From Squalus acanthias (lineage: Eukaryota), in NCBI GenBank assembly GCA_030390025.1, contig JASTWF010000180.1, positions 434,001-498,000 of the forward strand: a DNA stretch of 64,000 nt, given 5' to 3'. Made by a program: the position numbers and the translations under genes. Positions within the stretch are counted from its first letter, which is position 1. Each line of letters begins with the position of its first letter. This document shows, in pieces, positions 52,567 to 64,000 of this stretch. Below the pieces are notes generated by a model. It was given only the letters and a program-made list of their open reading frames with translations, had not been told where the DNA came from and did no database searches.

Positions 52567-55500
52567 CATAGAAACATAGAAACATGGAAGGTAGGAGCAG
52601 GATTAGGCCTTTCGGCCCCTCGAATCTGTTCCGCCATTTAATGAGATCACGGCTGATCATCCAAATTCAGTACCCTGTCCCTGCTTTCTCCCCATATCCC
52701 TTGTACCCTTTAGCCTTAAGAAATATATCTAACTCCTTCTTGAATATATTTAATGAATTGTCCTCAACTGCCTTGTGTCGTACAGAATTCCATAGGTTCA
52801 CCACTCTCTGGGTGATGAAATTCCTCCTCATCTCAGTCCTAAATGGCTTATCACTAATCCTTAGACTGTGACCCCTGGTTCTAGACTCACCCGCCATCGG
52901 GAACATCCTTCCTGCCTCTAGTCCTGTTGGAATTTTATATAAGTTTCAATAAGATGCCCTCTCATTCTTCTAAACTCTAGCGAATATAAGCCCAATCGAC
53001 CCAATCTCTCCTCATACGTTATTCCTGCCATCCCAGGTATCAGCCTGGTGAATCTTCGCTGCACTCTCTCCACGGCAAGAACATCCTTCCTCAGATAAGG
53101 CGACCAAAACTGCACACAATACTCAAGGTGTGGTCTCACCAAGGCCCTGTACAACTGAAGCAAGACATCCTTGCTCCTGTACTCGAATCCTCTTGCTATG
53201 AAGGCCAACATACCATTTGCCTTCTTAACCGCCTGCTGCACCTGCATGTTTACCTTCAGCGACTGGTGCACAAGGACACCCAGGTCTCGTTGCACTTCCC
53301 CTTTTCCCAATCTATTGCCGTTCAGATAATAACCTGCCTTCCTGTTTTTGCCACCAAAGGTGATAACCTCGCATTTATCCACATTATACTGCATCTGCCA
53401 TGCATCTGCCCAATCATCCAACCTGTCCAAATCATACTGGAGTTTCTCTGCATCCTCCTCACAGCACACACGCCCACCCAGCTTTGTGTCGTCTGCAAAC
53501 TTGGAGATATTACATCTAGTTCCCTCGTTAATAATATATATTGTGAATAGCTGAGGTCCAAGCACCAATCCCTGCGGTACCCCACTTGTCACTGCCTGCC
53601 ACTCGGAAAAAGACCCGTTTATTCCAACTCTTTGCTTCCTGTCTGCCAAACAGTTCTCTATCCAAGTCTGTACCTTACCCCCAATCCCATGCGCTTTAAC
53701 TTTGCACGCTAATCTCTTATGTGGGACCTTATCAAAAGCCTTCTGTAAATCCAAATACACCACATCCACTGGTTCTCACTTATCTATTCTGCCAGTTACA
53801 TGCTCAAAAATTCCAGTAGATTCGTCAAGCATGATTTGCCTTTTGTAAATCCAATTTGACTTTGTCCGATCCTGTCACTGTTTTCCAAGTGCTCTGCTAT
53901 TACATCTTTTATAATGGACTCTAGCATTTTCCCCACTACCGATGTCAGGCTTACCCGTCTATAAAACACCGTTTTCTCTCTACCACTTTTTTAAATCGTG
54001 GGGTTACATTAGCTACACTCCAATCCATGGGAACTGTTCCAGAGTCTATAGAATTTTGGAAGATGACCAGCAATGCATTTGCTATTTCTAGGGCCACTTC
54101 CTTAAGTAACCTAGCATATAGATTATCAGGCCCTGGGGATTTATTCAATCCCGTCAATTTCCCTAACACCATTTCCGTACAAATACTGATTTCATTCAGT
54201 TCCTTATTCTCATTAGACCCTATGTTCCCCGACATCTCTGGCAGATTATTTGTGTCCTCCTTTGTGAAGACAGAACCAAAGTATGTATTTAATTGGTCTG
54301 CCGTTTCTTTGTTCCCCATTATAAATTCCCCTGATTCTGACTGCAAGGGACCTACACTTGACTTCAACTATCTTTTTCTCTTTACATATCTATAGAAGAT
54401 TTTACAGTCAGTTTTTATGTTCCCTGAAAGCTTACTCACATACTCTATTTTCCCCCTCTTAATTCATGCCTTTTTCCTCCATTGCTGAATCCTTAGCTGC
54501 TCCCACTCCTGAGGTTTGCTGCTTTTTCCTCCCAATTTATATCTGGTCTCCTTGGATCTTATGCGGTCCCTAATTTCAATTTTTAGTCAGGTTTGAGTCA
54601 CTTTTTTTGTTTTATTTTCTGCCAAACGGGGATGAATAAATTCTGTAGTTCATCCATGCAATCTTTAAATGTTTGCCATTGCCTATCTACCGTCAACCCT
54701 TTAAGTAACGTCCCCCAATCCATCCTAGCCAACTCACGCCTCATACCTTCGTAGTTTCCTTTATTTAAATTCAGGACCCTAGTCTCTGAGTCAACTACTT
54801 CACTCTTCATCTTAATGAAGAATTCTATCATATTATGATCGCTCCTCCCCAAGGGGCCTCGCACAACAAGATTGCTAATTAATCCTTTCTCATTACATAA
54901 TACCCAGTCTAAGATGGCCTGATCTCTAGTTGGTTCCTCGACATATTGACCCAGGTAACCATTCTGTATACACTCTAGGAATTCCCCCTCCACAATATTG
55001 TTACTAATTTGGTTAGCCCAATTATATGTAGATTAAAGTCACCCATGATAACTGCTGTGCCCTTATTGCACGCATCTCTAATTTCCTGTTTAATGCCATC
55101 CCCCATCTCAGCATCACTGTTTGGGGTTCTGTATACAAGTCCCACTAACGTTTTCTGCACCTTGGTATTTCTCAGCTCTACCCATACAGATTCCACATCA
55201 TCAGAGCTAATATCCTTCCTTACTATTGTGTTAATCTCCTCTTTAACCAGCAATGCTACCCCACCTCCTTGTCCTTTTTGCCTGTCCTTCTTGAATATTG
55301 AATATTCCTGGATGTTGAATTCCCAGCTTTGGTCACCCTGGAGCCATGTCTCCGTAATCCCAATTATATCATATCCGTTTACATCTATTTGTGCAGCTAA
55401 TTCATCCACCTTATTATGAATGCTCCTTGCATTAAGACACAAGGCTTGTTTTTTTAACACTCTCAGTTGTTTTAGAATTATTGTTTACTGTGGCCCTGTT

Positions 55501-57000
55501 TGATTGACAGCCTTGATTTCTCTGACTTCCACGTTTGCTTTTCTCCTTCCTGTCTTTTGCTTCTATCCTTGCTTCCCTTTCCTCTGTCTCCCTGCACAGG
55601 TTCCCAACCTCCTGCCATTTTAGTTTAAACCCTCCCAAACAGCACTAGCAAACACTCCCCCTAGGACATCTGTCCCGGTCCTGCCCAGGTCCGAACCGTC
55701 CAGTTTGTACTGGTCCCACCTCCCCCAGAACCGTTTCCAATGTCCCAAGAATTTGAATCCCTCCCCCTTGCACCATTCCTCTAGCCACGTATTCATCTGA
55801 AATATCCTTCTATTTCTACTCTGACTAGCACGTGGCAACGGTAGCATTCCTGAGATTACTACCTTTGAGGTCCTATTTTTAATTTACCTCCAAACTCCCT
55901 ATATTCAGCTTTTAGAACTTCATCCCGTTTTTTACCTATATCGTTGGTACCTATATGCACCACGACACCTGGCTGTCCACCCTCCACCTCCAGAATGCCC
56001 TGCAGGCGCTCCGAGACATCCTTGATCCTTGCACCAGGGAGGCAACATACCATTCGGGAGTCTCGTTTGCGGCCGCACAAGCGCCTATCTATTCCCCTTA
56101 CAATCGAATCCCCTAACACTATAGCTCTCCCGCTCTTTTTCCTCCCGTCCTGTGCAGCAGAACCACCTATGCTGCCAGGAAGTTGGCTGCTGCTGCCTTT
56201 CCCCAATAAGCTGTCTCCCTGAACAATATCCAAAGCGGTGTATCTGTTTGAAAGGGGGATGGCCACAGGGGACCCCTGTAATACCTGCCTGTGCCTACCA
56301 CGCTGCCTGGCGGTCACCCATTCCCTTCCTGCCTGTGCAGCCTTTACCTGCGGTGTGACCAACTAATTAACCGTGCTATCCACGACGACCTCAACATCGC
56401 GAATGCTCCAGTAGGTATCCATTCGCAGCTCGAGCACCGCAATGGGTTCTGCCAGTAGCTGCAGCTGGATACACTTCCCACACACATGGTTGTCAGGGAC
56501 ACAAGAAGTGTCCTTGATTTCCCACATAGTGCAGGAAGAGCATGCCACGGGGCCGAGCTGTGCTGCCATGACTTACCCATTAATTAATTTAAATTAAATT
56601 AAATCAAATCAATACCACTGATTACACTACAATTAAATGATATACTCAAGGGCCCTTGTTTACTAGCACTCCCCGCTACACAACAGAGACTTTAGAAACT
56701 ATAACCACAAAATTAAGCCCTTCTAAACTTTATAAACCTTAACTGTCAAACTATAAATTAGTATAAATACTCACCTGGCTCTACTCACCCAAACAGCTGC
56801 TTCCTCTTGCTCGTGTCACTTTTTGAATCGTGACGTGGCTCTGGAACGCCGCCACCGGTCTGCGAGATTGGTAAGCCTCTGAGGACAAAAGCCAGCTAAA
56901 GTAAGTTTAACTACTCACTGTACCGCCGCTCTCTGCAGCTCCAGATACCGGCCTCTGTAAAAAAGCCCGCGAAAGTGAGTTTAGCTACTCAATGTACTGC
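52567..57000 (-). mobile_element. Duplicate of the CR1 LINE at 30418-34852
   Basis: Same ORF remnants, plus an additional 1-bp deletion in ORF1 near 55875-55880. Confidence 0.93.
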
Positions 57001-57758
57001 CGCCAATGAAAAATCCATATAAACAAGATGAAACGCACTACCTTCATCCACTCTCTCCGTTACTTTATCAAAAAAACTGGAACAAGTTGGTCAAACACAA
57101 ATGTTATTTTATTCTTAGTTCCTGGGAAGTGGGCGTCGCTAATTGCCCTTGAGAAGGCGGTGGTGAGCCGCCTTCTTGAACCGCTGCAGTCCGTGTGCTG
57201 AAGGTACTCCCACAGTGCTGTTAGGGAGGGTGTTCCAGGATTTTGACGCAGTGACGGTTAAGGATCGGCGATACACTTGTAAGTCAGGATGGTGTGTGAC
57301 TTCGAGGGAAACTTGGAGGTGGAGCTGTTCCCATGCGCCTGCTGCCCTGGTCCTTCGAGGTGGTAGATGCTGCGGGTATGGGAGGTCGTGCCAAAGAAGT
57401 CTTGGTGAGTTGCTGCAGTGCATCTTGTAGATGGTACACACCGCAGCCATGGTACGCCGGTGGTGGAGCGAGTGAATGTTTAAGGTGGTGGGTGGGGTGC
57501 CGATCAAGCGGGGTGCTTTGTCCTGGATGGTGTCGAGTTTCTTTAGTGTTGTTGGAGCTGCACTCATCCAGGCAAGTGGAGAGTATTTCATCACACTCCT
57601 TACTTGTGCCTTGCAGATAGTGAAAAGGCTTTGGGGAGTCAGGAGGTGAGACACTCGCCGCAGGATACCTCGCCTCTGACTTGTTCTGGTGGTCACAGAA
57701 TGTATGTGGCTGGTCCAGTTAAGTTTCTGGTCAATGATGACCCCCAGGATGTTGATGG

Positions 57759-59084
57759 TGTAGGCTTCGCAACATCCCCCAGAAACTCGAACAGAACTCT
57801 AAAGGGAGTGATTTTTGACATTTCATACAAACTTGGGATGATGGGACCTAAGTGAAGTTATTTGAGGTAAAAACCTCAGTTTTGGACATTTTTAAGATCA
57901 GGGAGAAGAACCCTGAGGAAACTGACTTTTGAATCTTACTGTTGGGAAAGACACCTTTCACAGACACAAGTCAGGCTGCGGAGGGGCGTGGCCAGGCAGT
58001 GGACAGCTTTGGATATTGGGGCCCAGTCAAGCTGTCTGGGAATTGTTTACACTGCAATCCTACCAAGGAGGAAGAGACAAACCCAAAACCTCACGCATAC
58101 ATCGAAATATGAATAATCCAAGACCCCTTTTGAAATTCCCATTCCCAAACACGATACCAGAAGCCTGAAATCAATAAAACATTTAGTACCCCGATTACTT
58201 CATCAAAAACCAATCAACCAGGTATCCACAGGGACAGATTTACAACCCCGCCAAAAACCTGGGACCATAGGGACAAGATTTGGCGAGCAGATAAATGCCC
58301 TGCCTAAATGGGAAACATTGGAAGCCATCAGGACATGTTTAACACCAAGTTAAAGCCATCGAAACTGACAAGCCCACTAAAACTAAGACAATGGAATAAA
58401 CAGGGCTCAATTGAAATCTAAAGGAAACCGATTTAGTAAGGGGTTTTTGGCGCGAAAAGGTCAAAGGGCATGAACAGTATAATTGGGGGCCTAATCCCCC
58501 AAGACAGTCTCTCTCTGGACTCTCTGACAACGCTCTCAACGCTCGCACAGCTCTCTCACTCAGCTCTGTTCCAGCAAGACACCACAAGCCACGAGCATGA
58601 GGAGGAAAGAAGGTCAACAACTTCACAAGCAGACCAGCATGCAAGAAGAAACCAGAGCGACTGCCTCAGTGACCCTGGACACCTCGCGGCAACAAGGGCC
58701 TTATGAAACATTTTACTCAAAAGACTCTAAACCCTAGCTCTCAACTGTCAAGGATTCGTCTGGTGAGAATTATCCCTGATCTCCTGAAACCAAAACCTAG
58801 CTAGATAGTGGGATTTTTTGGAGGGATCAGGTTTTTTTGTATATTGTCTTCCCCCTCGCCTGTTCCGTCTGTTCTGCAACCTGTGTTTTAGTGTAAAGTT
58901 TGTTTTAAGTTTGTTACATTTTTCTTTTAATAATGTCAAAATTCTTTCATCAAGTCATGTTGTCTAATGCATCTTTGTTCACAACCCCTAAATAAGTCCA
59001 AAGTCTAGAACCATGGGCGTGGGAGCGATTCGAACCGCTCACTGAGTCAGAGGTGAAGGCTGACCCCACACACCATTCCCTACA
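57759..59084. mobile_element. Duplicate of the solo LTR at 35611-36937
   Basis: TGTAGG...CCTACA with ATGG TSD. Confidence 0.85.
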
Positions 59085-60915
59085 ATGGTGGGGGATTCGG
59101 CGATGGTAATGCCGTTGAATGTCAAGGGGAGGTGATTAGACTCTCGCTTGTTTGAGATAGTCGTTGCCACGCACTTGTGTGGCACCAATGTTAACTGCCA
59201 CTTATCAGCCCAAACCTGAACATAAGAACATAAGAAATAGGAGCAGGAGTAGGCCATTCGGCCCTTCGAGCCTGCTCCGCCATTCAATGAGATCATGGCT
59301 GATCTTCTGCCTCAACTCCATTCACCAGCCCTATCGCCATATGCCTTGATGCCCTTACTAGTCAGAAATATATCGACTTCTGTTTTGAATAGACCCAATG
59401 ACTGAGCCGCCACCGCCCTCTGGGGTAGAGAATTCCAAAGATTCACCACCCTCTGTGTGAAAATTTTCTTCTCATCTCAGTCCTGAGTGGCTTACCCTTT
59501 ATACTGAGGCTGTGGCCCCTGGTTCTAGACTCCCCAGCCAAGGGAAACTTTCTCCCAGCATCCACCCTATCAAGCCCTGTAATAATTGTGTATGCTTCAA
59601 TGAGATCCCCTCTCATTCTTCTGAATTCAAGAGAATACAGGCCTAGTTTACTCAATCTCTTCTCATACGACAGTCCCGCCATCCCAGGAATCAATCTTGT
59701 GAACCGTCGTTGCACTCCCTCTATGGCAAGTATATCCTTCCTTAGGAAAGGAGACCAAAATTGTACACAGTACTCCAGGTGTGGTCTCACCAAGGCCCTA
59801 TATAATTGGAGTAAGACTTCTTTACTCCCGGACTCAAATGCACTTGTAATGAAGGCCAGCATATCATTTGTCTTCCTAATGGCTCGCTGCACCTGCACAA
59901 TCACTTTCAGTGACTCATGTACAAGCACACGCAAGCCCCTTTGAGCATCTGCATTCGCCAATCTTTCATCTTTTAGGATATACTCTGCCTTTCTGTTTTT
60001 TCTACCAAAATGGATAACTTCACATTTATCCACGTTATATTCCATCTGCCATGTTCTCGCCCACTCACTAAGCCTGTCGAGACCCCCTGAAAACCTTTCA
60101 CATCCTCTTCACAACTGACACAGCCACCTAGCTTTGTATCATCAGCAAATTTGGAAATTTTACATTTAGTCCCCTCATCCAAATCATTGATATAGATTGT
60201 GAATAGCTGGGGCCCAAGCACCGATCCTTGCGTTACCCCACTAGTCACAGCCTCCCTTCCTGAAAAAGACCCGTTTATCCCTACTCTTTGTTTTCTGTCT
60301 GTTAACTAATTCTCAATCCATGCTAGTATATTCCCCCAATTCCATGTGCCCTAATTTTGTTCACCAACATCTTGTGTGCAACTATATCGAAGGCCTTCTG
60401 AAAATCCAAATACACCACATCTACCAGTTCCCCTTTCTCTACTCCACTAGTTGCATCCTCAAAGAACACCAATAGGTTTGTTAAACAGGATTACCCTTTC
60501 ATAAATCCATGTTGACTCTGCCCAATCTTACTATTAGTTTCTACGTGCCCAGTTATTGCATCATTTATAATAGATTCCAGCGTCTATCTGAACGTCGTCC
60601 AGGTCTTGTTGGATGCGGCCATGGACAGCTTCATTATCTGAGGAGTTGTGAATGCCACTGAACACTGTGCAGTCATCAGACCTACGTCAATAATGAGCCA
60701 TTGTGAAGGCACAGATTGTATTTCGGTGGATGCTGTCACGTGATTGCAGTCGACGTCGGTTGCATGCAACCAATAGCTGGCGACTTCAAACCCGCCCTTT
60801 TCTTGCTTTTGCACAAAGCCCAAAAGTGAGGTTCGGGATCCAACAATCCGTGAACTGCGTTGCCGAGTGAGTGAATGAAGGAGCGACTGCCTAATTGAGC
60901 CAAATGCCCAGAAGG

Positions 60916-61385
60916 ATGATGTCGGCGATTTCTCTCGGCCTACTGCTTGTTTTGCTATCCAGTGCGTAGCTATAACTGCTCCATATTGTTCCAATCTTTC
61001 TGTTTCGCTGTTAGTCCCTCTTGGGGGGCTTTACAGAGCTAGGAGTCACCACCATAATTAATGCTTCTTTACTTTTATAGGTGTCCAGCCGGATGTGGTG
61101 TTGACTCAGCCAGAGGCAGAGACCAGGCGTCTCGGACAGTCCCTGAGACTGACCTGTAAAACCAGCGGGTTCAATCTTGGCAGCAACTATATGTACTGGT
61201 ACCGACAAAGCCCCGGGAAGGGAATGGATTGGCTCGTTTGGTACTATAGTAAAGACAACAAGCAGTACCATCAAGAAGTTAGAGAACGAGTTACTGCTTC
61301 CAAAGACCTTTCAAACAATATCTTCGCTTTGGGTATCAAGGGATTGACAATGGGAGACAGCGGCACTTATTATTGCGCACAGAGA
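60916..61385 (+). CDS. IgH-like V gene segment V11 (duplicate of V7; leader exon 60916-60961, V exon 61081-61385)
   Basis: Mature V identical to V7; leader ends SVQP instead of SVQS. Confidence 0.92.
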
Positions 61386-61424
61386 CACAGTGATACAGAT
61401 CAGACCCAGACTTGTACAAAAACA
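61386..61424 (+). other. 23-RSS of V11
   Basis: CACAGTG + 23 nt + ACAAAAACA. Confidence 0.95.
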
Positions 61425-63948
61425 GAAAAGAGGAAATGCAGCAGTTTCCGCCATCATCAAACACCAATAAATCCACTGTTGACAGCAGTTCATAGAAACA
61501 AAAAACTATACAGCACAGAAAGGGGCCGTTTAGCCCATAATGCCTGTGCTGGCTCATTCAAAGAGCTATTCAATTAGTCCCACTCTCCTACACTTTTCCC
61601 ATAGCCCTGTAAGTGTTTCTTTTTCGGGTATTTAACCAATTCCCTTTTGAAAGTTACCCTTGAATTTGGTCCCACCAGTCTTTCAGGCAGTGCATTCCAG
61701 ACCATAACAACTCGCTGCGTAATTTATTTATCCTCAAGTCGACTCTGGTTCTTTTGCCAATTCCCTTAACTCTGTGTCCTTCACCTGAAACAATTTAACT
61801 CTGTTTCTGTCTCCACAGATGCTGCCTGACCTGCTGAGACTTTCCAGCATTTTCTGTTTTAATTTCAGGTTTCCAGCATTCGCAGTATATTGCTTTTGTT
61901 TCCATGTTTTTGTACTCTATGCCTCTACTTATAAAGCCAATGATCCAGATTTACTTTAAAACAGCCTTTTTTACTGGCCCTGCCACTTTAAAGACGTGTG
62001 TAGGTATACCCGGTTCCAGCACAACTTTTAAATTTGTACCAAATAGTTTATTTTGCCTCTCCTCATTCCTCCTACCTAAATGAATCACCTCAAACTACTC
62101 TGCATTAAATTTCCTCTGCCGTGTGTTTGGTCATTTCATCACTCTGTCGATATCGTCCTGAGCTGTGTTACTATCCTCATCACTGTTCACTAGACTTCCG
62201 AGTTTCGTGTTATCTGAAAACATTGAAAGTATGCCCTTTACACACAAGTCCAGGGCATTACTATAAAGATCAAAAAGAGCTGTGGCCCCAACACCGAGCT
62301 CTGGAGGACACCACTGCACACTTCCTTCCAGTCAGAAAATCAACGGTTCAACACTATTCTGCGTTCTGCCCCTCAGCTAACTTCGTGATCCCGCAGGAAC
62401 TGCCCCTTTAATCCCATGGGCTTCAATTTTGCTAACAAGTCTATCATGGGGTATTTTATCAAACACCAATGGAAAATCAATGCACACAACATGAAACGCA
62501 CTACCTTCATCCACCCTCTGTTACTTTATCAAAAAACTGGAACAAGTTAATCAAACGCAAATGTTGTTTTATTCTTCGTTCATGGGATGTGGCAAGGCCA
62601 GCATTTATTGGCCATCCCTAATTGCCCCTGAGAAGGCGGTGGTGAGCCGCCTCCTTGGACGGCTGCAGTCGGTGTGCTTTTAGAGAGGGAGTTCCAGGAT
62701 TTTGACCCAGCGACGATGAAGGATTGGCGATATATTTGTAAGTCAGGAAGGTGTGTGACTTCGAGGGGAACTTGGAGGTGGTGGTGTTCCCGTGCGCCTG
62801 CTGCCCTTGTCCTTCTAGGTGGTAGATGTCCCGGGTTTGAGGGGTGGTGGCGAAGAAGTCTTGGTGAGTTGATGCAGTGCATCTTGTAGATGGTAAGCAC
62901 TGCTGCCACGGTACGTCGGTGTGTGGACGGAGTGAATGTTTAAGGTGGTGGATGGGGTGCCAATCAAGTTGGCTGCTTTGTCCTGGCCGTTGTCGAGTGT
63001 CTTGTGTGTTGTTGTAGCTGCAGTGATCCAGGCAAGTGTAGAGTATTCCATCACACTCCTTACTTCTGCCGTGTAGATGGTGGAAAGGCTTTGGAGAGTC
63101 AGGAGGTGAGACACTCGCGGCAGAATGCCCAGCCTCTGAGCTGCTCTTGTTGCCACTGTATTTATGTGACTGGTCCAGTTAAGTTTCTGGTCAATGGTGA
63201 CCCCCAGGATATTGATGGTGGTGGATTCAGTGATGTTGATGCATTTGAATGTCAAGGGGAAATGATTAGACTCTCGATTGTTGGAGATAGTCATTGCCTG
63301 GCAATTGTGTGGCGCCAATGTTAACTGCCACTTATCAGCCCAAACCTGAACATAAAAACACAAGAACATAAGAAATAGGAGCAGGAGTAGGCCATTCGGC
63401 CCTTCTAGCCTGCTACGCCGTTCAATGAGATAATGTCTGATCTTCTGCCTTAACTCCATTCACCAGCACTATCAGCATATCCGTTGATGCCCTTACTAGT
63501 CAGAAAACTATCGACTTCTGTTTTGAATATACCCAACGACTGAGCCTCTACAACCCTCTGGTATAGAGAATTCCAAAGATTCACCAACATCTGTGTGAAA
63601 AAAAATCCTCTCCTCTCAGTCCAGAAGGGCCTACCCTTTATCCTGAGGCTGTGGCCCCTGGTCCTAGACTCCGCAGCCAAGGGAGTCATTCTCCCAGCAT
63701 CCACCCTATCAAGCCCTGTAACAATTTAGTATGCTTCAATGAGATCCACTCTCATTCTTCTGAATTCAAGAGAATACACGCCTAGTGTACTCAATCTCTT
63801 CTCTTACGACAGACCATCCATCCCAGGAATCAATCTCGTGGAACTTCGTTGCACGCCCTCTATGACAGGTATATCCTTCCTTAGGTAAGGAGAACAAAAT
63901 TGTACACAGTACACCAGGTGTGGACTCAACAAGGCCCTATATAATTGG

Positions 63949-64000
63949 AAATAACAACAGAAAACGCTGGAAAAACTCAGCAGGCCAGGCAGCATCCGTG
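63949..64000 (-). mobile_element. Start of a second copy of the Penelope insertion seen at 6698 (runs off the window)
   Basis: Same junction ctatataattgga-aataacaacagaaa(a)cgctggaaaaac.cagcaggccaggcagcatccgtg. Confidence 0.85.

Larger units (their letters stand above)
40282..62277 (+). repeat. Copy 2 of the ~22.15-kb tandem segmental duplication (boundaries approximate)
   Basis: Differs from copy 1 only by scattered substitutions, 1-bp indels and one 8-bp microsatellite unit. Confidence 0.93.

Noticed and set aside
1-64000. Array as a chicken-type pseudo-V gene-conversion donor pool
   Set aside because: All segments keep promoter, leader, splice sites and RSS, unlike typical donor pseudogenes; direct rearrangement is the simpler reading

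Overview
Vertebrate genomic DNA, most likely from a cartilaginous fish (inferred from the V-gene family and the repeat families). The window is a head-to-tail array of immunoglobulin heavy-chain-like variable (V) gene segments on the + strand. There are 11 complete segments representing 7 distinct sequences, plus the RSS tail of a 12th at the window start. Each segment has a ~330-bp promoter, a 46-nt leader exon, a ~120-nt GT-AG intron, an open V exon (DV[V/L]LTQ..LTCKT.GF.L...MYWYRQ...DS[A/G]TYYC) and a 23-bp-spacer RSS. The basic ~4.1-kb repeat unit is V plus a fixed stack of decayed CR1-group LINE and Penelope fragments. Later insertions are two near-full-length CR1 LINEs, a Penelope GIY-YIG fragment carrying a minimal hammerhead ribozyme, and a solo LTR. 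A near-identical ~22.15-kb tandem duplication re-copies four V segments. I found no convincing D, J or C segments between the Vs. The organisation is therefore translocon-like rather than the V-D-D-J-C cluster typical of shark IgH. The best hypothesis is an expanded family of TCR-associated Ig-like V segments (TAILV/VH-delta type), or else an undescribed translocon-type VH array. The window alone cannot decide between these.
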